Below are positions 1-9,232 of a DNA stretch of 29,931 nt, piece after piece (position 1 is the first letter of the stretch; each line of letters opens with the position of its first letter). Source of the stretch: a virus (lineage: Duplodnaviria > Caudoviricetes); the IMG/VR virus record IMGVR_UViG_3300046710_000544, positions 1 through 29,931 of that record. One strand, given 5' to 3'. The notes under the pieces were generated by a model. That model was not told where the DNA came from. It searched no databases and was given only the letters and a program-made list of their open reading frames with translations. A program made the position numbers and the translations under genes.

Positions 1-1689
1 TATCTGATAAAAGCATATGATTCAAGTAGGTTTGAATTAAATCAAAAAATAATCAGTAAATCATTAGAAGATGTAATGAATAGTTTAAAGAATTATTTTG
101 ATGAAAAAACTTTTGTGAAAAAAGTGACACATGAAAGCGTAAAAAAAATATTCATTAATTTCATGGATTATTATGGGTATTCAGTACTTGCAAATTTTGA
201 TGTGCTTAAAAAATTGACAAAAACCGACCATAATAATTATAATGTTGCTCGTTTTATTATTGATGAGTATGAAAAAGAATCTGATGTTTTTAAGAGTATA
301 TTAGAAATTGTAAAAGGTTTTTTTGTTTATAAATGCATATATTATTTTAGTACAGATCAGAAAAAGACATTGGATTCAAAACTAAAAAAGACAGAAGTAT
401 ACTTAGATACAAGATTGATAATTAATGCATTAGGATATCATTTGCAGGAAGATAAGATTGCTACCAATGAGTTGCTGAAATTAATTATAGAAAGTGGCGG
501 ATTATTAAGAGTATTTGAACATACTATAGATGAAGTGGCTGGTATCCTGACAAAATATGCACGAGATCCTTTATCTAGGCCAACAATGAATTTAGAATAT
601 TTTGATAGAAATGCATATGAAGAAGTTGATGTTATTAGATTAAGAGATGCGTTGTCTATTAATCTTAAAAAAATCCATGTAATGATTGCCGAGACCCCTA
701 ATCAAAATGTTTCAAGCGAAGAAAATTTGGAAAACAGAGGTTTTATCGATGTTGTCCAGTTAAAAAAACATCTTGAACAGTCGTTTGAACAGGACGGTAA
801 GCGACCAAAAAACGAAAGCTTAGACAGAGATATTGACTCCATATCTGCAATAAGTCGATTGAGAGGAAAAACAAGAAATGTCGGGATAGAATCATGCAAA
901 GCAATATTTACTACGCACAACTATTTGATAACAAAATCTGTAAATGAATTTTTCAAAGAGCGATTTTCTAAAGGCGAGATTAGCTTTGTTATAAACGAAA
1001 TGGACTTTACAGCACTTTTATGGTTAAGGTCGTTTGATAAAAAGAGTGATTTGCCTACAATAAAGTTATTAGAAAATGCATATTCCGCGATAAAACCATC
1101 TAATGAAATCTTGGAGGCATTCAATGAAAAAGTCAAATTGCTTGAAAAAGAAGGAAAGCTTACCGAAAAAGAAGCTGTACTGATTAGAACACAACATGTG
1201 ATTAGAAAAGACCTTGCAGAACTATCACAAAATTATCCGGATAAAATAAATTCAAACCTGGTTTTACAAATAAAAGACAATTACGTCAAAAAATTGACTA
1301 AAGAAAAAGATCGAGACATAGAAGAATTAACGCGAAAAATAAATGAAGAAAAAAGAAAGAAGAGCAGAGCGATAGAAAAAGCCGAATCCTTTTGTATCGA
1401 TGGAAGTGAAAAATATTATAAAAAAATAAAGGCCATAGAAATAACAATATTAGTATTTTTTGTTCTAGCTGGCATCGGTCTTTATAGCTATCAATATTTC
1501 GAAACCAGAACAAATAATATAATTTTATATTTACCTTTATTTTTAATGTTTATAGGAATCATAGGATTTATTGATATGATTAAAGGATGGACAGAATTTA
1601 TTAATAAGTTTTTAATAAAAACGAAACAGCAAAAATTTGATTCTTTATACAAAGCAGAAATGGAGAAAATAGAAAATTACTTTAAATAA
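1..1689 (+). CDS. 5'-truncated PIN-like domain protein with coiled coil and two C-terminal TM helices (accessory, candidate defence gene)
   Basis: Frame is open from base 1 (YLIKAYDSSRF...), so ATG 76 is probably internal; PIN-like motifs VYLDTRLIINALG, HTIDEV, RDIDSI, AIFTTHN; two hydrophobic stretches ITILVFFVLAGIGLY and IILYLPLFLMFIGIIGFI; very AT-rich. Confidence 0.6.
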   Translation, partial: YLIKAYDSSRFELNQKIISKSLEDVMNSLKNYFDEKTFVKKVTHESVKKIFINFMDYYGYSVLANFDVLKKLTKTDHNNYNVARFIIDEYEKESDVFKSILEIVKGFFVYKCIYYFSTDQKKTLDSKLKKTEVYLDTRLIINALGYHLQEDKIATNELLKLIIESGGLLRVFEHTIDEVAGILTKYARDPLSRPTMNLEYFDRNAYEEVDVIRLRDALSINLKKIHVMIAETPNQNVSSEENLENRGFIDVVQLKKHLEQSFEQDGKRPKNESLDRDIDSISAISRLRGKTRNVGIESCKAIFTTHNYLITKSVNEFFKERFSKGEISFVINEMDFTALLWLRSFDKKSDLPTIKLLENAYSAIKPSNEILEAFNEKVKLLEKEGKLTEKEAVLIRTQHVIRKDLAELSQNYPDKINSNLVLQIKDNYVKKLTKEKDRDIEELTRKINEEKRKKSRAIEKAESFCIDGSEKYYKKIKAIEITILVFFVLAGIGLYSYQYFETRTNNIILYLPLFLMFIGIIGFIDMIKGWTEFINKFLIKTKQQKFDSLYKAEMEKIENYFK

Positions 1690-1696
1690 AAATCAC

Positions 1697-1721
1697 AGCA
1701 CTCATAGATGGGTGCTTTTTT
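1697..1721 (+). terminator. Intrinsic terminator after the PIN-like gene
   Basis: AGCACTCA-TAGA-TGGGTGCT stem-loop followed by a T run. Confidence 0.7.
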
Positions 1722-1747
1722 CATGCCCAATTTTAGGATGTGGCAAA

Positions 1748-2002
1748 ATGCAAATACCGATAATTGGCAGATTATTTAAATCAAGAGACAAGCCTGTGGC
1801 CAACAGCCTGCTAGGCAGTGCCTACAGTTTTTTCTTCGGCAGCACTGTGTGCGGAAAGACGGTCAATGAGCGAACAGCCATGCAAACAACAGCGGTGTTT
1901 GCTTGCGTTAGAATACCGGCTGGAACCATTGCAAGCATGCCGCTACACATATATAAATATACCGAACAGGGTTTAAAAACAAAAGGTGAGTTATATGGCT
2001 AA
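1748..2002 (+). pseudogene. Truncated HK97-family portal protein (N-terminal ~75 aa only)
   Basis: MQIPIIGRLFKSRDKP...YSFFFGST..GKTVNERTAMQTTAVFACVRI..TIASMPLHIYKY resembles the N-terminus of clostridial HK97 portals; resemblance ends near 1972; ATG 1748 preferred over 1712. Confidence 0.8.
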
Positions 2003-2441
2003 GAGTAAATGGCCACAGGTTCAAGAAAAGCTGCCTCTAATAGAGAAGTGGTCCAGGGACGGTTTGACAGAGGAGCAGATATGCAAGAACCTTGGCATAA
2101 GTCGCAACACCTTAAACGATTACAAAAATCGCTATCCTGACATTATGAACACCCTAAAAAGGGGAAAGGCTGTTTCTATCGCTGCTGTTGAGAACGCACT
2201 TCATAAACGGGCGCTGGGCTTTGAATATATTGAAATTAAGACATATATAAAAGAGGATGGCGAAAAGGTTATAACCTATACAGAGAAAACCACAAAATAT
2301 ATACCGCCTGACGTAGGGGCGTGCGCCATTGTGCTAAAGAACCGGGATAAGGAGAACTGGATGGATAATCCGCAGAAGGTCGATATAGATAAAAAACTTT
2401 TTGAGTTAAAAGAAAGAATAGTTAATAGACAGGATTTTTGA
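1995..2441 (+). CDS. HTH DNA-binding protein, terminase small subunit-like
   Basis: WSRDGLTEEQICKNLGISRNTLNDYK (HTH), VENALHKRALG, IPPDVGA..LKNR..W; RBS AAAGGTGAG before ATG 1995. Confidence 0.7.
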   Translation: MAKSKWPQVQEKLPLIEKWSRDGLTEEQICKNLGISRNTLNDYKNRYPDIMNTLKRGKAVSIAAVENALHKRALGFEYIEIKTYIKEDGEKVITYTEKTTKYIPPDVGACAIVLKNRDKENWMDNPQKVDIDKKLFELKERIVNRQDF

Positions 2442-2442
2442 T

Positions 2443-3126
2443 ATGGCGAAATACACAGTTATAAAAACGTTCCTAGCTTCGGAAACCTGGCAAAAGTTCA
2501 GGCTGTTGATCGTAAGCCAAAGGGGCCTGATCTGTGAGCATTGCGGCAACCTGGTGACCAGGGCAAAAGAACTGACACTGCACCACATTATTGAGCTTAC
2601 GCCCGAGAATGTTCATGATGTATTGATATCGCTTAATCCTGGCAATGTACTGGTTGTCCATCACGATTGCCACAATAATATACATAAACGCTTTGGCTAT
2701 CACCAGGAGCACAATGTATTTGTTGTCTTCGGCCCGCCACTTTCAGGCAAGAGCTCATTCGTGCAGGAATATATGGGCCGGGGAGATTTGGTCGTCGATA
2801 TGGACCGGCTGTACAGTTCGGTTTCAATGCTGCCGGACTATGACAAACCGGATAACCTACTGGCTAATATCAGGGGCATACACAACTTACTAATTGATAA
2901 CATCAAAACCAGATACGGTAAGTGGAATAAGGCCTGGGTAATTGGCGGCTATGCTGATAAGTACAAGAGGGATAAGTTGGCCGATGACCTGGGCGCTGAG
3001 CTAATCTTTTGTGATGTGAGCAAGGACGAGTGCCTTAGAAGGCTTGAGGTAGATGAGGCAAGGAGATACCGGAAGGACGAATGGTGCGGATATATTGAGA
3101 AGTGGTTTAATAATTACACGGCATAG
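2443..3126 (+). CDS. Packaging-associated HNH endonuclease fused to a P-loop (AAA_33/kinase-like) domain
   Basis: CEHCG...LHHIIEL...N...HHDCHNNIH (HNH) followed by GPPLSGKSS (Walker A) and DLVVDMD. Confidence 0.85.
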   Translation: MAKYTVIKTFLASETWQKFRLLIVSQRGLICEHCGNLVTRAKELTLHHIIELTPENVHDVLISLNPGNVLVVHHDCHNNIHKRFGYHQEHNVFVVFGPPLSGKSSFVQEYMGRGDLVVDMDRLYSSVSMLPDYDKPDNLLANIRGIHNLLIDNIKTRYGKWNKAWVIGGYADKYKRDKLADDLGAELIFCDVSKDECLRRLEVDEARRYRKDEWCGYIEKWFNNYTA

Positions 3127-3215
3127 CCCCCCCTTGTGATGGGGAATTATTTTTGTACAGGGACCGGTGGGGGACCCCTTCTGTCACACATGCTGAAAAA
3201 TTTGAAAATCCTGGG
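3127..3215. other. Putative cos (packaging initiation) region
   Basis: Intergenic G/C runs (CCCCCCCTT...GGGACCGGTGGGGGACCCC) between HNH and TerS, where cos usually lies in HK97-like Firmicute phages; exact cut site cannot be determined. Confidence 0.5.
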
Positions 3216-3229
3216 AGGTTTTCAGACTC

Positions 3230-3556
3230 ATGTCAAAAACCGAGGTTTATCAAAAAGAACTGATGAAATTGACCGAGTTATTCAAAGATGTCGATCTCCC
3301 CAAGGCGAAGCTGGTTGAGGGTCTTATTGAGGATGCTGCTTTTCTGGCTGCTGAGAACTCTGACCTGAGACAGTCCATAGCGACAACCGGAATGGTCAAG
3401 GTCCACCCGCAGCACCCGGAGATTCAGAAGCCCATTGAAGCAGCAAAGCAGTATCTTAAAAACGTAAATACGTATGCCGTGGTCATAAAGACACTCAACG
3501 GTGTGCTTAACAAAAGCATGGTTGAAGAAGATGATGATCTGAATGAGTTCGAATGA
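3230..3556 (+). CDS. terS: Terminase small subunit
   Basis: 108 aa, helical, LIEDAAFL, QKP.EAAKQY, acidic tail DDDLNEFE; ATGA overlap with terL; RBS GGAGG. Confidence 0.75.
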   Translation: MSKTEVYQKELMKLTELFKDVDLPKAKLVEGLIEDAAFLAAENSDLRQSIATTGMVKVHPQHPEIQKPIEAAKQYLKNVNTYAVVIKTLNGVLNKSMVEEDDDLNEFE

Positions 3557-5283
3557 GAACAGATTATAATGGCACCCACTCCTGGCTGCTGGAATATATC
3601 CATAAGTGCAAGTCCGGCGAAATCCTGATCGGCCATGAACTAATGCAGCAACTGGACATGCTGATTGAACACTTTGACGACCCAGATATCCGGATTGATT
3701 TCATGGAAGCCCATAAACGTATCAAATTTATCGAAACCCAGTGCAGGCACTACGAGGCCCCGTTTGCTGGAAAGCCTTTCATTATGATGCTCTTTCAGAA
3801 AGCCTTTATCGAGGCTTTTTATATTTTCAAGATTTACGATGATGAAGTTGGCCGTTGGGTTCGTAAATACCAGGACTTCTTGCTTCTAATCGGTCGTAAA
3901 AATGGCAAGACCCCTTTTGTATCGGCGCAAGACCTTGCAGAATTCTTTTGTGGACCAGTAGGAATTAAAATACTTTGCTCAAGCAATGACTATGAGCAAG
4001 CCGATCTCATGTTTCAGGCCATTGATGCAATGCGCGAGCAGAGCCCGGCGCTCAACAAGGTAACACGCAAAAACATCAAAGGTATATTTTTCGGCAACCC
4101 CAAAAAGCCAAGGCATACCGGGAAATTCTCATACAAGAACAGGGGCAATATCCGCAAAATATCAGCAAAAACCGGTGCTAAAGAGGGTAAAAACATCGGC
4201 GTCGGGTCCGTTGATGAAGGGCATGAACTCAAAGACGACAGATCGATTATGCCTATACGGCAGGCACTATCAACGCAAGAAGAACCGATTTACGGGGAGA
4301 TTACAACTGAGGGATTCACTAATGACGGGTATCTGGACAGCCGACTGAAGGAAGCCCGGCAGGTACTTAACGAAGAGCTCGACCGGCCGCGATGGCTCAT
4401 ATGGCTTTACACTCAGGACAGCGAGGCCGAGATCTGGCAGGATGAAAAAAGCTGGGTAAAATCTAACCCGGGCCTTGGAACAATTAAAAGATGGGGCTAT
4501 CTCAGGGGCATGGTCGAGGAAGCCAAAACCAGTAAGTCAACCAGGGCCTTCGTGCTGGCCAAGGACTTTAATATTAAGCAGAACAACGCAAGCGCATGGC
4601 TAATGCCGGAAGACATAATAAACCCCGAAACCTTTAACATCGAAGATTTTAGGAACTGTTTTGCAATAGGAGCAACAGACCTTTCCAAAACCGGAGACCT
4701 GGCCAGTTCCAGGATCCTATTGATGAAACCAGGCAGCGATAAAAAATATTTCTACCAGCAATATTTCATACCTGAATCTAAACTCGAAACCCTGCCCAAA
4801 GAGGACCTGCCAAAATTCAAAGACTGGATAAGGCAGGGCTTGATAACCATATCCCCGGGAAACGAGAACGACTTTAGGCTGGTCACTAAATGGTATGCTG
4901 ATCTGTATAAGAACTACGGGATACGAACCTATAAGACCGGCTATGATAAGTGGTCAGCCATATACTGGGTCAAAGAAATGGAAGAAGATTATGGCTTTGA
5001 ATGCAAAAGGGTATCCCAGGAATGGGGCAGCATGTCTGAACCTATGAAGCTGGTTGAAACAGACTTAAAAAGCAAGTTAATAGTTTACAATGATCACCCC
5101 ATAGATAAATGGTGCCTTGAAAACACTGCACTTAATATTAACTCCAAAGAGGAAATTATGCCGGTTAAGATACAAGGCAAAGAAGACAAAAAAATCGATG
5201 GTGCCGTGACGACTATCATTGCTTATAGAATCTATATTGACAACCGGACAGAGTTTCTTGAGCTTGTAAAAAGAGCGGCATAA
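3553..5283 (+). CDS. terL: Terminase large subunit (Terminase_1 type)
   Basis: Walker A IGRKNGKT, Walker B VGSVDEGHE, ITTEG, WVKSNPGLG, nuclease motifs ATDLSKTGD and KIDGAV. Confidence 0.95.
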   Translation: MRTDYNGTHSWLLEYIHKCKSGEILIGHELMQQLDMLIEHFDDPDIRIDFMEAHKRIKFIETQCRHYEAPFAGKPFIMMLFQKAFIEAFYIFKIYDDEVGRWVRKYQDFLLLIGRKNGKTPFVSAQDLAEFFCGPVGIKILCSSNDYEQADLMFQAIDAMREQSPALNKVTRKNIKGIFFGNPKKPRHTGKFSYKNRGNIRKISAKTGAKEGKNIGVGSVDEGHELKDDRSIMPIRQALSTQEEPIYGEITTEGFTNDGYLDSRLKEARQVLNEELDRPRWLIWLYTQDSEAEIWQDEKSWVKSNPGLGTIKRWGYLRGMVEEAKTSKSTRAFVLAKDFNIKQNNASAWLMPEDIINPETFNIEDFRNCFAIGATDLSKTGDLASSRILLMKPGSDKKYFYQQYFIPESKLETLPKEDLPKFKDWIRQGLITISPGNENDFRLVTKWYADLYKNYGIRTYKTGYDKWSAIYWVKEMEEDYGFECKRVSQEWGSMSEPMKLVETDLKSKLIVYNDHPIDKWCLENTALNINSKEEIMPVKIQGKEDKKIDGAVTTIIAYRIYIDNRTEFLELVKRAA

Positions 5284-5307
5284 TTCAAGCAGAACGGTGG
5301 TGATGAA

Positions 5308-6570
5308 GTGGCCCTAAAGGATTTTTTCAAGGGTATCTTTTCTAAAAGCGACAGGCAGCAGATGCAATATGCCAAACTACTAAATGGCTACAGCCCTATT
5401 TTCAGCCAGTTCGGCCAAAATATCTATGCTTCAGATGTTGTCCAAATGTGCATTGATGTAATTGCTACCGAATGCAGCAAGTTGATGCCAAAGCACATTA
5501 GAACCGACAACAACGAAATGCAAGTAAACGTCAAAAGCAGCCTTAACAGGCTGTTTAAATTTTCTCCGAACGAGCTAATGACCACCAGTGACTTTATTGA
5601 AAAGGTCATATGGCTGCTGTTTATGAACTATAACGCCTTTATTTATCCCATGTATGAATGGGTGGAGGATACCAGGGGTAATATCACCAGGAACTATACA
5701 GCCTTCTACCCGCTTAACCCTGCTACAGTGACATTTCTTCAAGACACAACCGGGAGGCTTTTTGTTGAACTGCGCTTTCCCAACGGCGACAATTTCACAT
5801 TGCTTTATTCTGATGTTATTCACCTGAGAAAGAAATTTTCCATGAATGACATCATGGGCGGAGGTATGAATGGGCAGCCGGATAACGCTGCACTGTTAAA
5901 GGTGCTCTCAATTAACGACACGGTGCTCCAGGGGCTTGAAAAGGCGATTAAAACAACGCTTACCATGCGTGGAATCCTGAAAATCAATACAATGCTTGAC
6001 GATGAAAAGCAGCAGGCAGAACGAGATAGACTTAATAATGCGATCAGTACAGGGACCACCGGTATTGTTGCCTTGGACTTAAAGGGTGATTACATACCAC
6101 TGAATCCAGACCCTAAAATTATCGACAAAGACACCCTGGATTTTCTGCAGAGCAAGGTCCTGAATTACTATGGGGTATCTGTCCCGATCCTGACCGGAGA
6201 CTTTACCGACGAGCAATACCAGGCCTTCTATGAAAAGACACTGGAGCCCATAATCATAGGCCTGGGTCAGGCATTTTCAAAGACAGTATTTACTCAGCGG
6301 GAACTTGACGTTGGGAACGAGATAGTATTCTATCCCCAAATGCTCCTATTCACCAACACTAAGAACAAAATAGCGGTGGCCGATATCCTGGGTAATCGTG
6401 GGGCGCTAACAAATAATGCATTACTAGCGCTGTTCGGCTATCCACCTTACGAGGGCGGCAACGTGCGCAACATGAGTCTCAACTACATAGATGTTGCAAT
6501 ATCAAATGATTACCAGATGAAACGGGCCGGAATGAAAGAAACGGAGGTTAAAAAAGGTGAAGAAAAATAA
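5308..6570 (+). CDS. HK97-family portal protein
   Basis: 420 aa after terL; VQMCIDVIATECSKL, PNELMTTSDF, DVIHLR, YYGVS..IL; GTG start. Confidence 0.92.
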   Translation: MALKDFFKGIFSKSDRQQMQYAKLLNGYSPIFSQFGQNIYASDVVQMCIDVIATECSKLMPKHIRTDNNEMQVNVKSSLNRLFKFSPNELMTTSDFIEKVIWLLFMNYNAFIYPMYEWVEDTRGNITRNYTAFYPLNPATVTFLQDTTGRLFVELRFPNGDNFTLLYSDVIHLRKKFSMNDIMGGGMNGQPDNAALLKVLSINDTVLQGLEKAIKTTLTMRGILKINTMLDDEKQQAERDRLNNAISTGTTGIVALDLKGDYIPLNPDPKIIDKDTLDFLQSKVLNYYGVSVPILTGDFTDEQYQAFYEKTLEPIIIGLGQAFSKTVFTQRELDVGNEIVFYPQMLLFTNTKNKIAVADILGNRGALTNNALLALFGYPPYEGGNVRNMSLNYIDVAISNDYQMKRAGMKETEVKKGEEK

Positions 6571-7210
6571 AAAGCTGCCTGTAAAAAGCGAGCCGGTAAT
6601 CCGCAGTTTTGGAATCGCTGATTTAAGGGCAGTGGACGAAGGCACATACATCGAAGGACACCCGGCCGTATATGACCAAAAGACCAATATCGGCAACTGG
6701 TTCTATGAAATCATCGAGCGCGGTGCCTTTGATAACTGTGACTTTGACGATGTGTTGTTTAGCGTCAACCATGGCTGGATCGATAAAATACCTCTGGCCA
6801 GGAGCCGCAGAAACAACGGCAGCTCAACGATGACACTAGTCATCGACGAAAAAGGGCTCTACATAAAAGCCGACCTGGATGTTGAAGCGAATGCGGAGTC
6901 AAAAAGCTTATACAGCGCTGTAAAGCGTGGGGATATCGACGGGATGTCTTTTATTTTTTACGTGCAGGAAGAGCGCTGGGAGGACCTTGATAAGGACATG
7001 CCATTAAGACATGTCACCAAAATTAAGAAAGTCCGTGAGGTAAGCGCCGTAAATTACCCGGCGTATACCGGCACTGACATAAACGCTCGGGACCAAGCGG
7101 TATTGGATAATGCCGCCAGGGTATTGGAGAATGCCCGGTCTACGTTGGAGAACGAAAAGAACGAGCTGGAGCGCATGAAACTAAGAGCCCAAATTCTGAT
7201 GAAAGGTTAG
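6557..7210 (+). CDS. HK97-type prohead protease
   Basis: IEGHPAVYD, EIIERGAF, FSVNH, RGDIDGMSFIF, EVSAVNYPAYTGTDINAR. Confidence 0.93.
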   Translation: MKKNKKLPVKSEPVIRSFGIADLRAVDEGTYIEGHPAVYDQKTNIGNWFYEIIERGAFDNCDFDDVLFSVNHGWIDKIPLARSRRNNGSSTMTLVIDEKGLYIKADLDVEANAESKSLYSAVKRGDIDGMSFIFYVQEERWEDLDKDMPLRHVTKIKKVREVSAVNYPAYTGTDINARDQAVLDNAARVLENARSTLENEKNELERMKLRAQILMKG

Positions 7211-7219
7211 GTACAAAAC

Positions 7220-8503
7220 ATGAAAAAGAAACTAATAGCCCTGCTTGCTAAAAAAGAAGCACGCAAAGCCGAACTTGGCACTAAGGCCAATGCGACTGAG
7301 GACATTGCAGAACTGAGAAGCATAAACACTGAAATGGAAGCCATCAACGGCGAAATTAATGAACTTCGCAGCATGATTGACGCTATCCCGGATGAACCGG
7401 CTGCGCCGGCCGCGGCTCCTGCTCCCGCTGATCCTCCCGAGCAAAGAGGTGCCGCCCCCGTTGGCGCGGCTAGGGTACTTGGCACCTACGGCATAGGTCA
7501 TGGTCAGGGCGGCCCGCCCGCTGCCAGAGCCGAAGAACCAGAAGATCGGTACGCAACCCTTGAGTACAGGAACGCCTTTATGAAGTTCGCCAAAGCCGGA
7601 GAAATCACCCCGGAGCTTCGGGTTGATGCGATGACAACCACGACTGATGTCAGTGCTGTGATTCCCACCACGATCCTGAACGAGGTTATTCGGAAAGTAA
7701 CCGAGTATGGCCAGGTTTTCAGCCGTGTGAGGAAGCTGAACATCAAGGGTGGCGTGACAATTCCCATCCTGTCTCTGAAGCCGACCGCGACTTGGATAGG
7801 TGAAACTACCCCATCCGACAAAAAGAAAGTCCAGGCCAACACAAACATATCTTTCAGCTATTATGGACTTGAGTGCAAGGTATCTGTTTCACTGCTCTCT
7901 GACACCGTAACCCTGACTGGTTTTGAAAACACAATAATTGACCTGATTACGGAGGCAATGGTGCAGGGATTAGACCTTGCAATAGTTGGCGGCAACGGTA
8001 CCGGGAAATTCCTTGGGATCACAGAGGATACCAGGGTCCCCGCAGCGCAAATTGTTACCCTGTCCTCGTCAGATTTTGTCACATGGGACCAGTGGAAAAA
8101 GAAAGTGTTTGCAAAAATGCCCCTCAAATACAAAGCCGGCGCCGCCTTTATCATGGCCTCAGGAACCTTCGAGGGCTACATTGACGGTATGGTCGATGCC
8201 AACGGCCAGCCAGTAGGCAGGATAAACTACGGGATTGCGGATGGACCGCAGGAGAGGTTTGGCGGCAAAGAAGTGATCCAGGTTGAGGACGATGTAGTTT
8301 CTCCTTATGACGACGCCTCCACCGGTAATGTTGTTGCCGTATACTGCAACCTGAAAAACTACGGCGTTAATAGCAATATGCAGATGACCATGTTCCGGTA
8401 CCTGGATCACGACACCAACGAGTGGGTTGACAAAGCGATCCTTATTGCTGACGGCAAGCTCATCGATCCGAACGGTGTGGTTATCATCAAGAAAGGCGCT
8501 TAA
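7220..8503 (+). CDS. HK97-fold major capsid protein with N-terminal coiled-coil delta domain
   Basis: Position after protease; coiled-coil N-terminus, Pro/Ala linker, IPTTILNEVI, ATWIGE, GNGTGKFLGI, DGKLIDPNG. Confidence 0.93.
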   Translation: MKKKLIALLAKKEARKAELGTKANATEDIAELRSINTEMEAINGEINELRSMIDAIPDEPAAPAAAPAPADPPEQRGAAPVGAARVLGTYGIGHGQGGPPAARAEEPEDRYATLEYRNAFMKFAKAGEITPELRVDAMTTTTDVSAVIPTTILNEVIRKVTEYGQVFSRVRKLNIKGGVTIPILSLKPTATWIGETTPSDKKKVQANTNISFSYYGLECKVSVSLLSDTVTLTGFENTIIDLITEAMVQGLDLAIVGGNGTGKFLGITEDTRVPAAQIVTLSSSDFVTWDQWKKKVFAKMPLKYKAGAAFIMASGTFEGYIDGMVDANGQPVGRINYGIADGPQERFGGKEVIQVEDDVVSPYDDASTGNVVAVYCNLKNYGVNSNMQMTMFRYLDHDTNEWVDKAILIADGKLIDPNGVVIIKKGA

Positions 8504-8514
8504 GAAGCTGGTAT

Positions 8515-8546
8515 AGGCGGGGAGATTAAATTCTCTTCCGCCTTTA
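8515..8546 (+). terminator. Stem-loop after the capsid gene (weak terminator or mRNA stabiliser)
   Basis: AGGCGGGGAGA...TCTCTTCCGCCT followed by only a short T run. Confidence 0.5.
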
Positions 8547-8593
8547 TTACTGCTTAGTCAATCGTAAAATATTCAAGCAGGAGGTATAAGCCC

Positions 8594-9184
8594 ATGTATC
8601 CTTACAACCATAAAATGGGCCAGAAGATTCAAACAGATGCCCCCGGCGTTTCTGTTGACCGGGCGTTTTTGGCTCACTTCCAGGTCAGCGCTGCAGCTGC
8701 AGTGGCCGCAAGCAACACTGGCGTACATGCCGCAATTGCATTAACTGATGCAACGCAGGAAGTGACAACCGCAATAACAAACCCGGCCGTACCGAGGAGT
8801 ATCATTGTCAAAGGCAACGCCGCCGGCATTGCTGGGAACGTCACAATACATGGAACAAATTTCGCCGGTGAGGTTATCTCTGAAGCAGTTGCACTGAACG
8901 GGGCAACTGCCGTCGAGGGTGCAAAAGCATTTAAGACGGTTACAAAGATTGACCTGCCGGTTGAAACTCACGCGGGCACAGATACCGTGAGCGTTGGATG
9001 GGGCGAAAAGCTGGGACTGCCCTACAAGCTGGCCCACAACACCATACTGGCAACGTATCTTGACAATACTATCGAAGGCACAGCGCCGACTTTAACCCTT
9101 AGCGCAACAGTCCTGGAGGCTAACACCATTGACCTGAACAGCGCATTAAGCGGCAAAATTGTTGACGTTTACTTGATTGTATAG
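8594..9184 (+). CDS. Probable head decoration/accessory structural protein
   Basis: 196 aa, Ala/Thr/Val/Gly-rich beta-type sequence between capsid and connector; strong RBS GGAGGT. Confidence 0.55.
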   Translation: MYPYNHKMGQKIQTDAPGVSVDRAFLAHFQVSAAAAVAASNTGVHAAIALTDATQEVTTAITNPAVPRSIIVKGNAAGIAGNVTIHGTNFAGEVISEAVALNGATAVEGAKAFKTVTKIDLPVETHAGTDTVSVGWGEKLGLPYKLAHNTILATYLDNTIEGTAPTLTLSATVLEANTIDLNSALSGKIVDVYLIV

Positions 9185-9232
9185 GAGGAGGGGATAGCCC
9201 CTTCTCCTCCCTGCTAAAGGGGAGTGAATTGA

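Noticed and set aside
3136-3318. 60-aa ORF across the cos region
   Set aside because: No RBS, overlaps terS in another frame, and the sequence is better explained as a cis element
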